Below are positions 43,697 to 54,107 of a stretch of DNA of 64,000 nt, in pieces (position 1 is the first letter of the stretch; the number at the start of each line of letters is the position of its first letter). The stretch is from a virus (lineage: Duplodnaviria; Caudoviricetes). The notes under the pieces were generated by a model that was not told where the DNA came from, did no database searches, and worked only from the letters and a program-made list of their open reading frames with translations. A program made the translations under genes and the position numbers. Where the stretch lies: positions 68,320-132,319 of the IMG/VR virus record IMGVR_UViG_3300021399_000115. One strand, given 5' to 3'.

Positions 43697-43768
43697 AGGG
43701 GCGTAGCATACCAGCTAGTGCGCGCGGCTCTAACCCGCGAGGACCGGGGACGGCACCTGGCGCCCTTG
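43697..43768 (+). tRNA. Amber suppressor tRNA (anticodon CUA), probably Gln-inserting
   Basis: Acceptor AGGGGCG/CGCCCTT + G73; D stem GCAT/GTGC; anticodon arm CGCGG-CT-CTA-AC-CCGCG (CTA 43730-43732); T stem CCGGG/CCTGG with non-canonical loop GACGGCA. Confidence 0.88.
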
Positions 43769-43772
43769 TTCA

Positions 43773-43881
43773 CACAGAATAATATAAGGAGTTGCAAACC
43801 TTATATGGAGAGATGTCCTAGCTCTCTCTTATTCTGTGATTATGATAATTAAAAAAGAATAAATAAGGAGATAAAAGGATA
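43773..43881 (+). ncRNA. Three-way-junction element, copy 2
   Basis: Outer stem CACAGAATAA/TTATTCTGTG; hairpins TATAAGG/CCTTATA and GGAGAG/CTCTCT; loop TGTCCT can pair with AGGATA at 43876-43881. Confidence 0.6.
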
Positions 43882-44106
43882 ATGAAAAATTTTTACCCAA
43901 ACACAACTGAGTGTATAGAAAAATATAACCAAATATCAGATAAGGTATTTAATGGTGATGAATCTACTACTGATGTAGAGGATGAATTTCTTCTAAATTT
44001 TTGTCTGTATCTTGCGTAGGCACTGGTTGCCGACACTGGATTCAGTGAAAAGGCTCGTGAAGAACTTACGAAAACTGCTGACATAATTAATGATGTTTGT
44101 AGGTGA
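43882..44106 (+). CDS. Small acidic hypothetical protein, one TAG
   Basis: SD AAGGAG; 74 aa when TAG is read through. Confidence 0.55.
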
Positions 44107-44110
44107 TATT

Positions 44111-44293
44111 ATGGGAAATAAACAATTTTTTATTCATACATCTGATGAGGAAACTGCTGAGAAATTGCGTCAACTTGGTTACGAAGAACTTCCGAAAGAA
44201 GGGAGTCAGTGGGTATTTATTAATAATACTAATTTGACGTTTTCCGATGATGACGGTATGAAGTTAAATTTTACGAATAAAATAACATTTTGA
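44111..44293 (+). CDS. Small hypothetical protein
   Basis: FIHTSDEETAEKLRQLGY; SD AGGTG. Confidence 0.6.
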   Translation: MGNKQFFIHTSDEETAEKLRQLGYEELPKEGSQWVFINNTNLTFSDDDGMKLNFTNKITF

Positions 44294-44340
44294 TACTCTC
44301 CTATTCTTTGGAGAGAAATTCTAAAAAGAAAGGAGGAAGT

Positions 44341-46050
44341 ATGTTGAAGAAGAAAATTCTGACATTAGAGAATTTAATTGAATTTTGTGAATAGCAGAAT
44401 TTTAATTCTTTTGATTCGAAAGAGACCGGGTATCAGCTAAGTGTACAAGTACCGGCGGTATTTGATAAGGAAGATTCAGAAGATGATTCTTTGTTAATTG
44501 GTACGGTTAAGCTGATGCATTGCGGACGCAACAAAAACCGGTCAAATTTAACAGAAGAAGGTTTGAAGAATAGCGCTTCTACTGTTGCGTATAAACCGAT
44601 TCTTGCAAATTTTACAGATGTAAACGGAGAATTGGATTTTACTTCTCACGATTTTGAGTTTAATGATGATGGTTCTATTACATACTATGAAAAACAAGTG
44701 GGATGCTTTACCGCAGATAAACCTTATATTGAATAGGATTCTGAACATGAAGACAGAAAATATTTGTTTGCGAAATGCGCAATTCCGAGAAACTACACTG
44801 CTGCTGCCGATATAATTGAACGTAAGGGCGGGACAAAACTTTCCGCTGAATTGGGCGTCAATAAGATGTCTTATGATTCAAAGGAGAAGGAGCTTGTCCT
44901 TGAAGATGTGGTTGTGTTAGGTGCCACATTACTCGGAGTAGATCCCGTTTCCGGAGAAGAAATTGGTGAAGGCATGGAGGGCGCCAGATTAGATATTGCT
45001 GATTTTAGCGCCGAAAATAATTCTGTTATGTTTAATAAGGCAGAATTGATTGATGAGATTACGCAAGCTGTTATGAATAAGCTTGATAATCATATAAATA
45101 ACGACCAAAGAAAGGAGGAACATGGTTTGGAATTTGATGAAAACAAAGCAGATGAGACTATTGAGGAAGAAAACATCGAATTGAATGAAACCATTGATGA
45201 GGAAACTCAGGTTACCGAGACAGAAGCTTCTGAAAAAGTGGATGAAGAAGTTACCGAAGAAACTCCCGAAGTGGTTGATGAATTTGATGGAGAAGATGAT
45301 TCGGATGGCGAAGGCACTTCTGATGACGAAGACACCACCGACGATTCTGAGGAAGAAGAACCGGAAGACGCCGTAACTGATGACGGTGTTCTAAACAATG
45401 GTCAGCAGAAGGAATATAGTATTAACAAAACTGTGTCTTTTAACGGTGAAGTAAAGACGTTCTCTTCTACTCTGATGGAGAAACTTAACGCACTTTATGA
45501 GCTTGTGAATTCCACTTACGGAGAAAGCGATAATGCCTGGTATGACGTGGACGCACTGGAAGATGAGAAAATCGTGTATATGCATGATTATTGGAATGGG
45601 AAACATTACCGTCAGTCTTATCAAGTAAAGAAGGATGTTTATTCCTTAAAGGGTGACCGCACGGAGGTGTTCTGCACGTATTTAAGCAAGGACGAACAGG
45701 CACAGCTTGAGTCTATGAAGAGTAATTATTCTGATATTTCTGATAAACTTGCTAAATATGAATCTGAACCCGAGAAGGTTGAAGTTCTTAATTCCGCAGA
45801 TTATACAAGTATTGCCGGTACTCAGGAATTTGAAGACCTTAAGAAACGTGAGAATTATTTTAATCTTACGGTTGATGAGGTCAAAGATAAGGCTGACGCA
45901 ATTCTGCTTCAGTATGCAAAGGCCGGTAAGTTAAATTTTGCGGCAGATACTTCCGAGAAGAAAGAAGAACCGAAGAAAGATTTCTTTGCATTCGCAAAGG
46001 TAGAACATAACAGTTCGTTTTTAGATGGACTTCTTAATTCTAGGAAATAA
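44341..46050 (+). CDS. Prohead protease/scaffold (YonD-like), TAG=Gln
   Basis: ATG with AGGAGG; 2 TAG; MHCGRNKN, DFTSHD, KLSAEL, GATLLG...GMEGA then a long acidic scaffold-like region. Confidence 0.8.
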
Positions 46051-46077
46051 TTATTTATTATAGAGGAGATTTAGGAT

Positions 46078-46260
46078 ATGAGAAATGAGAGATATTATTA
46101 CTGTTATTCGTATCCGTTAAAGTCTTTCATTATGGATAATGGAGAAAAGTATGTTCTAAAAGCAGTTCATAATGAGAGCAAGAAAATGTATTGGGTTTTT
46201 GAAAGAAATCAAAAATTAGATAGATTATTGACAGAGTGGCAATCAAGAAAAAAAGATTGA
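46078..46260 (+). CDS. DUF5659-like small protein
   Basis: YYCYSYPLKSFI...H...KKMYWVF...LDRLLTEW. Confidence 0.6.
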   Translation: MRNERYYYCYSYPLKSFIMDNGEKYVLKAVHNESKKMYWVFERNQKLDRLLTEWQSRKKD

Positions 46261-46294
46261 CCGCTTATTTTTTTGTAGAAAAGGGGAAATAATT

Positions 46295-47488
46295 ATGGCT
46301 AGGTTATCACAAGAAGATTTTGAGGAAAAGTTTTATAATATTTTTGACAGGGACGAATGGGCAGTAATTGGTAAGTACGTTAACAATAATACTAATATAA
46401 AAATATTGCATAAACCATGCGGGACCGTTGTTGAACGAACATGGGCTAGTTTGCAAAGAAAAACTTGTAATTGCCCAGTATGTCATTCCAGTAAAAACAC
46501 AAAAACAGTTGTTAAATGGGTCAATGATATTGCCACTACAAATCTTGCGCTATTTTCTTTATTACTTAATAAGGAAGATGGGTATAACTATAGAGAACAT
46601 AGTAATCAGTATGCGTGGTTTGTATGCCCAAAGTGTGGAAAACATCACTACAAGATAATAAATAACGTGGCAAAGCAAGGATTATCATGCGAGTGTTGTT
46701 CTGAAAATATATCGTATGCGGAAAAGTTTTTTATCTGTTTACTTAAACAGTTAAATATTGATTACGTATATCAGTATACACCCGACTGGATTAAACCGTT
46801 GAGATATGATTTTTATTTTTGTTTAAATTCCAATCAGTATATTGTGGAACTAGACGGAGGATTGGGACACGGGTTTGGTAGTTTTAATCCTAGTGATTTT
46901 GATGATTGTGTTGAAAGAGATAATATTAAGAACGAACAGGCTAAATTACATAATCATATATTAATTAGGATTGATTGTAATTATAACATAGTCGGAAACC
47001 GCTATCAATATATCAAAGATAATATAGTAAAACAGTGTGGTGACATACTGGATTTAAATAAGGTTGATTTTGGTGAATGTAATAGAATTGCTCTTCTCAA
47101 AAATTGTGAGTATATTTCTGAATTATGGAATTCTGGAATACAAGGCTATCAAAACTTACAAAATTATATACCTGTTGGTCGCGCCACAATCAGAGATTAT
47201 TTAAAAAACGCATCTGAGATTGGATTAATTTCTGAATCTTATGATGAAATATTAAAAATTAATAGGATTTATAGCAATAAGAGACTTCAAAAATCTAAAG
47301 GTAAAGCTGTGATGTGCAATGAGACCGGTGAGATTTTTGCAAGTATATCTGAGGCGTCTAGGCAATATAAAAAATATCATGCTTCAAGTTTGCTTAATTA
47401 TTTTATTAAAAATCGAAAATATTGCGGAACACTTCCAGATGGAACCTGTTTAACCTGGCGACTAATTGAAGACAAAAGCGCTAGTTGA
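46295..47488 (+). CDS. Free-standing homing-endonuclease-like protein (Zn-ribbon + PD-(D/E)xK/Vsr-like + NUMOD1-like)
   Basis: HKPCG..CPVC, WFVCPKCG..CECC, RYDFY...VELDGGLGH...D..K...LIRID, C-terminal VMCNETGEIFASISEA; AT-rich; no TAG. Confidence 0.75.
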   Translation: MARLSQEDFEEKFYNIFDRDEWAVIGKYVNNNTNIKILHKPCGTVVERTWASLQRKTCNCPVCHSSKNTKTVVKWVNDIATTNLALFSLLLNKEDGYNYREHSNQYAWFVCPKCGKHHYKIINNVAKQGLSCECCSENISYAEKFFICLLKQLNIDYVYQYTPDWIKPLRYDFYFCLNSNQYIVELDGGLGHGFGSFNPSDFDDCVERDNIKNEQAKLHNHILIRIDCNYNIVGNRYQYIKDNIVKQCGDILDLNKVDFGECNRIALLKNCEYISELWNSGIQGYQNLQNYIPVGRATIRDYLKNASEIGLISESYDEILKINRIYSNKRLQKSKGKAVMCNETGEIFASISEASRQYKKYHASSLLNYFIKNRKYCGTLPDGTCLTWRLIEDKSAS

Positions 47489-47555
47489 TAATAGAGGGTT
47501 AAACCTCTTATCATTTTGATATTTATATTTATTAAGAAAGGAGAAAAAGATAATT

Positions 47556-48164
47556 ATGGCTATTTTTAGTAATTTAACTGAACTTGCCGGCGGTACTCAT
47601 GGGATTTTCGAATCCTCCCTGCTCAAAAGTACAATTTCCGGACACCTCTGGGATTGCCTTGTAGTAACCGAGACCGGCACCGGTGCAAACATCACAAGAA
47701 CACCTATCAACGTAGATAATGCCGTTGCGGTGAAAGTTGGGGACTTCACTCATAATGATAAAGGTCTCCAGGAGCGTTATGCGACAATCGCCGGTGTTAA
47801 GGATAAAGTCGGAATCGTTGGTTCTCCCGCACTTATTAAAGATGCGAGAAGCCAGTATGAAGCATCCGAGGGATTCTTCTACAATAAAGCTGGACAGGAC
47901 TCTAAGGTTTATGAGGTAGTTGGCGACAAATATGATGGAGACATTTTTGGAGTATCTCTCAACATGTTTACCGAAGCTTCTCAGACTAATGTAAGAGAGG
48001 ACGCATATGTTGTTCTTGATGGAACAGGAAAATATGTTGCTCAGGCAGCCGCTCCGACAATGGCAAACTTTGGTTTTGTTGGTCGTGTTCATAGCATTTA
48101 TACAAACAATGATTATACTCTTGTTCGTATTTATGTGATTCAGAACGTGGATAATAATAACTAA
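47556..48164 (+). CDS. Capsid-associated/decoration protein (YonC-like)
   Basis: Position just upstream of the major capsid gene; strong SD. Confidence 0.6.
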   Translation: MAIFSNLTELAGGTHGIFESSLLKSTISGHLWDCLVVTETGTGANITRTPINVDNAVAVKVGDFTHNDKGLQERYATIAGVKDKVGIVGSPALIKDARSQYEASEGFFYNKAGQDSKVYEVVGDKYDGDIFGVSLNMFTEASQTNVREDAYVVLDGTGKYVAQAAAPTMANFGFVGRVHSIYTNNDYTLVRIYVIQNVDNNN

Positions 48165-48189
48165 TGGTAAGGAAGAGAGGTGAAAAGAA

Positions 48190-49293
48190 ATGAAAGATAT
48201 TACATGCTTTAGCAATAATGTTGTTGCAAAATTTGATAATAACTATGAGAATATGCTTCAGTTCAACGATCTTATGATGGACGCCACAAATGGTGTTTAT
48301 GAAAAATATTCTAAGGCTCAGACTTCTGAGATTATTCGTAACTAGTTTAATAAGATTCTTGGTATTGACTTTAAGAATGCCAAACGTATGGAGCGTAGAC
48401 AGGCTTGGAGAGCACATGGCATTGAGATCTGTTCTGTAATCGAAAATGTCCTTGCTGACAAGATGGTTTCCGGCTGGGATTCTACGAATGCTCGTTTTAT
48501 GAACTATGTAGAGGATGTTAATATTGCTCGCGGTGATATGAATTATTTCACAGCTAATAATACTGCTCTTCTTCAGGTTAGCAAATGGGCTGGCAATCAC
48601 CATGACATAGTACGTCAGAAAGTCCTTCCGGGAAAAGGATTCTCGATTGATACTTATCCGTATGTAATTAAAGTTTATACTGATTTTGAGATGTTTATGC
48701 TTGGCAAGGTTGATTTCTCCGAAATGGTAGACCTTATGTATAGAAGCATCGAAAAACATCGTTATTCTGCGCTTTATACTGCATTCATGAGCCTTGACTC
48801 TTATCTTCCGGCTGATATGAAAGCTAGTATTGCAATTACTGAGGCTACTAAAGATTCTATCATTGATAAAATTGAGGCAGTTAAAGCTACAACCGGTAAG
48901 GATGTTATGCTTGTAGGTACTCGTGTTGCAATGCAGAAACTTCAGAATACCGTGAATTACAAAATGTGGAGTAATGATATGAAACAGGAACTCCATGAAA
49001 AAGGTATGCTTGGAATGTGGGAAGGCTATGATTGTCTTGTTCTTGACAGAGTAAATGAGGAAGGCACTCGTACCTCTATCTTTACCGCTAATGATAATAA
49101 GAAGATTTTCATCGTTCCGATTGATGACTCTTTCAAACCGATTAAGAGAGTTAATGAGGGCGACGTAGAATACTTCGAACGTGGAATGGACGGCTCTCTT
49201 CAGGATCGTACAATTGAAGCTGAGATCTGGTACTACGAGGGAATCGGCGTTGTTATTGATGAGCTGTTTGGTGTGATTATTGATAACGCTTGA
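48190..49293 (+). CDS. Major capsid protein (YonB-like), TAG=Gln
   Basis: ATG 48190 with GAGGTG SD, one TAG (IIRN*FNK), 367 aa; position after protease and decoration genes. Confidence 0.75.
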
Positions 49294-49325
49294 TTTTTTC
49301 TTAATGGATTAAAAGGAGTATTGAG

Positions 49326-50003
49326 ATGATTGTAAATGAATTATCTAAAGAGCTGGGAGTGAAGAATAAGGAGTTAATTGATTTCTTAAAAAGCAAAGGT
49401 TATAAAATTTCTAGTCATATGCAGTCTGTTGACGAAGCTATGATTAAAGACGCTAGGGATAATTTTGCGAAACCTGTTTCAAAGACTCCTACTGCTACTG
49501 TTGCGAAAACTACTGCTTCTACAAAGCAGCGAAAAACAGTACCTCCCAAAGTTGTAAAGAAATTTGCACCTGATGACTTGATCCCATGTAGAAGTATTGT
49601 CCCATGGTATCTTGAAACCGTAGGTCTTGATAAGATGACGACATATAAATGGCCTCATTTTGGAGACATCGAATATGTTGCTTATAGAGATCTTCAGTCA
49701 TGGCGTAGAAAACCGGTAATTATGGATGCTATGATTATGATTGAAGACCCGGATATTTGTGACCAGTGGAAACATGATATTGGAAATGTTTATCAGAAAT
49801 ATTTAGGTGTAGATTACCCAGAAGAGTTTTTCGAAAAATCAGACGAGGAGTTTGAAAAGATGTTAAACGAATCTTCGGATACGTTTAAATCTGTTATTGA
49901 ATATACCGCAATGGATATGATTCGTAATGAAAACTATCCGTCTTTGCAGAAACTCGTCATTATTGATAATATTCTGGGCACCGGAATTAAAGAGTTTATC
50001 TGA
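49326..50003 (+). CDS. YonA-position protein with N-terminal IF2_N-like domain
   Basis: VNELSKELGVKNKELIDFLKSKGYKISSHMQSVDE resembles the IF-2 N-terminal repeat. Confidence 0.7.
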   Translation: MIVNELSKELGVKNKELIDFLKSKGYKISSHMQSVDEAMIKDARDNFAKPVSKTPTATVAKTTASTKQRKTVPPKVVKKFAPDDLIPCRSIVPWYLETVGLDKMTTYKWPHFGDIEYVAYRDLQSWRRKPVIMDAMIMIEDPDICDQWKHDIGNVYQKYLGVDYPEEFFEKSDEEFEKMLNESSDTFKSVIEYTAMDMIRNENYPSLQKLVIIDNILGTGIKEFI

Positions 50004-50018
50004 TAAAGGAGGTATCCC

Positions 50019-50483
50019 ATGACCTCTGAATTTGATGAAATATATTCTCGCTTTTACCTGCGCGTAAAAGATTACGAGACATCGGGATTAGAAGAAAAAT
50101 TAGTAAAGCAAATGTTACTCGGCTACTTGAAGTCTACGCTATCCAAACCAATGGTGCGTAGGCTTTTTTAGTCGGTAACGCTGGATGAAGATATAGAAGA
50201 GATAGAATACGAATTGCGGAATTCTCTGGACGAGGATTCTGATAAAGATTTTGTGGAGGAAGTATTGGCTTTGGGGATGGTTGAACGGTGGCTAGATCCC
50301 AAATATCATTCTACGCTGTTGACATCACAATTAATATCGAACAGCGAATAGAAGTTCTATGCATAGTCAACTCAAATGAACGAGCTTCATACTATGTACA
50401 CCAAAGCCCAAACTGATCTTCGAAAGCTTATCCGAGATTATGGATATAGTTTATCTGTTATCAATGGGGTTGATACCGTATGA
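50019..50483 (+). CDS. Putative head-tail adaptor, TAG=Gln
   Basis: Absent from the track; AAGGAGG SD; 154 aa with 3 TAG (..SE*KFYA*STQM..). Confidence 0.7.
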
Positions 50484-50812
50484 AAACTCGGTATGGCGAC
50501 TACTCTTCTGCTCAGATTCATTCTACTAAAATTTCTTTGCGTAAGGCAATTTTCTTCCTGTTGCTTTATGTGGATCCGAATACTAAGGAAGAATATCCCA
50601 ATATTGATGTTGTGGAGGCATTCCATAGCTTACAATATAAATTAAATGGTTTAAATGGTATTTTGTGCGAACCGCCGGAACTGGTGCTTACAATGAGCAT
50701 ACTTGAGTCGGCGAAATCCGAGTACCTAAGTGAAAGTTTTGATTTTAAAAATTACCGGAAGCTTATCCTAGATGCCGGTGCGGAGATTATGAAAATAAAG
50801 GAAGGTGATTGA
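50480..50812 (+). CDS. Hypothetical virion-region protein
   Basis: 110-aa ORF overlapping the previous stop (ATGA). Confidence 0.7.
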   Translation: MKTRYGDYSSAQIHSTKISLRKAIFFLLLYVDPNTKEEYPNIDVVEAFHSLQYKLNGLNGILCEPPELVLTMSILESAKSEYLSESFDFKNYRKLILDAGAEIMKIKEGD

Positions 50813-50813
50813 T

Positions 50814-53526
50814 ATGATTACCTACAGAGATTTTCAGGCAATGCACAATAATATTAGTGTACCGGGGAGGGCGAGGAAGTAGCAAAGTGATAGTGTGGTA
50901 CTTGGGTCATGGTGGCAAGATATATAGGCATAGTATTGCTATATCTATGACTACTATCATGATTTAAAATCTGACGAGCCATTAAAATTGGATGATTTAC
51001 ATCCTGAGAGTGATTCTCAAAAAACACCGCTTCCTATTAAATTTATTCGTCACACGAAGCAAACATACGATAAAGATAGCGTGACCTTTTGGTTACAAAT
51101 GTAGCCTGGATAGGAATGTAATCTTGATTATTATGATGCGGTATTAGGTAATCGTTACGACAGCCTTTTCCCAATCGGCTGCTTCGCGGATATAATGTAG
51201 GAAGATGGGAAATACTATAAATGGCTTGTAGTGGATAAAGCTAATTACAATGGGAATCAATTCCCAACATTTGAAATATTAAGATGTGATAAAGTTTTTC
51301 AATGGATTTATGATGGGCATCGGTATTAGTGTGCCGGTGTACTTAGAAGTCAGAATTCGTATGTATGTGCGCTTCATAAGGGAAACCTTATGTCGAAAGT
51401 TTTCTAATTGCGAGAAGTTCCTTAGAGTCAATAATCTACAGCAAATGATTGAAATATATTAATTTGCGAAAGCATAAAAAATATTGAATTGGATAACTCG
51501 CAGCGAAGTCTTGATGAGAGAAACGTTCAACGATCAAGTCCTCAAGTGAGGTAATGGAAACCACCTAAGTTGAAAGATATGGTGTTGATATGATCTGCTC
51601 TTATGTGAAAGTATAAGAAAAATGACTAATACAGGTAAAAAACAGGACAGGGATTGGCCTCCTTTCTTAGTACTCCTAATGCTAAGATTACTGTTTTTTA
51701 TATAGATTAATAATTATTCTTAGGAGGGATAATATGGGTAAATTATTTACATATAAAGATTTTTCAGAATCTCAAAAATTAGATATTGTCAATATGTATA
51801 AAGACGGTAAATCAACTGTTTATATTGGAGAAAAATATAATGTTGGACACAAAGTAATTGCAAGAGTATTAGATTTATATAATATTCCTAGAGTGGGAAA
51901 TGGATAGAGAAAATATTCAATAGACGAAAAATATTTTGATATTATTGATACTCCTAATAAAGCATATATTTTGGGTTTCTTATACGCCGATGGGTCTAAT
52001 TATACTCCAAAACAAACAGTTAGTATATCATTAGAAGAACATGATAAATATATTCTTGAAAGAATGAGGGAGGAATTAAAATATGAAAAGCCTCTTGATT
52101 TCCTTGATTATAGTAAAAAACATGACTTCGGATATAATTATGCAAATCAATATAGATTAAGTATTTTTAGCAAACATATAAGCGATGTTTTATCCGAGAA
52201 AGGTGTTGTGCAAAGTAAAAGTTTAATATTAGAATTTCCCAATTGTGTTCCAGAAAATTTATTAAAATTCTTCATCTTGGGGTATTATGACGGTGATGGG
52301 TCTTTCTGTCCACATTACACTAAAATCGGAAAATTCTAGCCGTTAGTTACTTTTACTTCCACGGAGAATTTCTGTATAGATTTACAGAAATATCTACAAA
52401 AAGAATTACAAATTCCTTGTGGAAATATATATGATGCCTCATGTCATAATGGAATTACAAAAGTATTGTCTTTTAGTGGTGCAAAGCAAGTAAAAACATT
52501 TTTAGATTGGCTTTACACCGATGCTGATATGTATCTAAAAAGAAAATATGAAAAGTATTGTAATAATTTTGAAGATGTAGTCATTCCCTTATCTGTTTAA
52601 CGAACTGATAAGGTAACATTCAGAACAACTCTGGCTTGTGGCTAAGGAAATTTGGCCACGTTAAACGCCCGAAATTGCGGGGAACCCCTTAGAGCTTTAA
52701 TGACCAAGTATATTTAGGAATAAGTATATGGCAATCAGTAACAGGATTGGTATGGTAACACTATTAGAGATTGGGCAATCAAACGCAGCGAAGCTTCCAG
52801 AACGGAAGAACGTTCAACGACTGTAATGGGCGGCATTATTGCATGGTACAGTCTAATCCCATTTTTTAAATATTACGAAAGTAAGGGTATATATGTGATT
52901 TCAAAATCCAATCCGTGGAAGATTAGCAAAAATTTGCTGTCCCAATGACTAGAGAAACGGAAACATTATTTTATAATATTCGAATGCTGATAGACTCAAA
53001 GGTTGAGTCGGAGCCGCGGGCATGGCTCATATCTAAAGTGAATCGCATATCCCCAAACGGAATATGTAGAGTTACTTTAACATAGGATAATTTTGATTAG
53101 CATAAAGACTACGTGGAGAAAGACGACAATGGAAATATTGTCGGAATGTGGGCTAATTACTTTACAAGTAACGTTGAACCGAAACCAATTCCAGTAGATG
53201 ACATTATCCCATCTCCCACTACAATTGCTACAATTACATGCTCCGGGAAACAGCAGATTCGTATAGGCGGCTCTGCCAAAACATTCACCGTGGTATTTGC
53301 CGACGAAGACGGTACGTCGATAGATGCACTTCCCGGTACTTGGGATTTTTCTATAGATGGGAATTCCGTTCCGCAAGAATTGCTGACGTTATCTGCAACA
53401 GATAATCATGTTAAGGTTAAGTTCTTGGGAGACGATTCGTATATCGGCAAAATACTTACTGTAACCTATAAAGTTGATGGCGAAGATATAATCGCTTCGC
53501 TGCCAATTGAAATCATTGCGTTGTAA
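50814..53526 (+). CDS. Virion (head-closure-like) protein split by two group I introns: exon 1 50814-51362, exon 2 52624-52643, exon 3 52896-53526; TAG=Gln
   Basis: Joined reading ...GVLRSQNSY|NNSGLWL|DFKIQSVED**KFAVPM-type continuity (ED-TAG-CAA-K) in frame with ORF 53113; many in-frame TAG. The exon 1/2 junction is uncertain by 1-2 nt. Confidence 0.75.
51636..51726 (+). ncRNA. Three-way-junction element, copy 3 (inside intron 1)
   Basis: Outer stem TAAAAAACAG/CTGTTTTTTA; hairpins AGGGA/TCCTT and TCTTAGTA/TGCTAAGA; loop CTCCTAA pairs with TTAGGAG at 51720-51726. Confidence 0.65.
51734..52600 (+). CDS. LAGLIDADG homing endonuclease, TAG=Gln
   Basis: KAYILGFLYADG and FILGYYDGDG motifs; N-terminal HTH; 288 aa through 2 TAG. 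Confidence 0.88.
52644..52895 (+). mobile_element. Group I intron 2 (ORF-less, 252 nt)
   Basis: P1 GTGGCT|AAG-GAAA-TTTGGCCAC with U-G at the splice site; P AATTGCGGGGAA, Q AAACGCAGC, R GTTCAACGACTG, S GTACAGTCT; terminal G at 52895; P10 GAAATT/GATTTC. Confidence 0.9.
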
Positions 53527-53539
53527 GGAGGTATGAGTT

Positions 53540-54106
53540 ATGGAATTAACAACTGAACAACTTCAGGAACTTCGTGCCTATAAATCTACAATGGATGATA
53601 ACAATATACGTTTTAAAGAAATTATTAAAAAAACTCTCATAGATGATCCTTTGATTATTTATTTATTAAACAACAAGGAACTTGAGGATGAGAATGCAGA
53701 CCCAAGCGATTATTTAGATGTTAATATACTTCCGTACTATATGATTCATCCTACTCAGCACAATGTTTAGAATTTTATTTGTTATGAGGTGCAATTTAAA
53801 GAAACGCCTAGATATAATGACAGCCTTATGTATGTAGATATTATTTTCTATATACTTTGTGAAGAAAAGAACGGTACTGAAAAACTTACCGGTATTGCTC
53901 GCCACGATTTAATTGCTGCCAGAATAAAACATTTATTTAATTGGACAAATAAATTTGGAACACAATGTCATGTGCTATCAGATTTACCGTCTGTCACGGA
54001 TAATGACTATGCTACTCGCACTATAACATTCGAAATGGTTATGGGCAAAGATATTGTTAAAACCAAAGATAATGTTTCGCGCGTGGTAAATAAAATAGGT
54101 GGTTAA
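53540..54106 (+). CDS. Putative tail-completion protein, TAG=Gln
   Basis: Two ORFs in one frame joined by a TAG; position in the neck/tail module. Confidence 0.65.
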
Positions 54107-54107
54107 T

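Larger units (their letters stand above)
51363..52623 (+). mobile_element. Group I intron 1 carrying a LAGLIDADG endonuclease
   Basis: P AATTGCGAGAAG, Q AACTCGCAGC, R GTTCAACGATCA, S GATATGATCT (P7 GATCA/TGATC); P2 CATAAGG-GAAA-CCTTATG; ends ...TAACATTCAG. Confidence 0.85.

Noticed and set aside
43697-43768. Pyrrolysine tRNA
   Set aside because: Normal 5-bp anticodon stem and 8-nt D loop, no pyl genes in the window, and TAG contexts indicate Gln.
43769-43850. HDV-like theta ribozyme after the suppressor tRNA
   Set aside because: I could not fit the nested double pseudoknot; the sequence folds as a three-way junction instead. A covariance-model search would be needed to exclude it formally.
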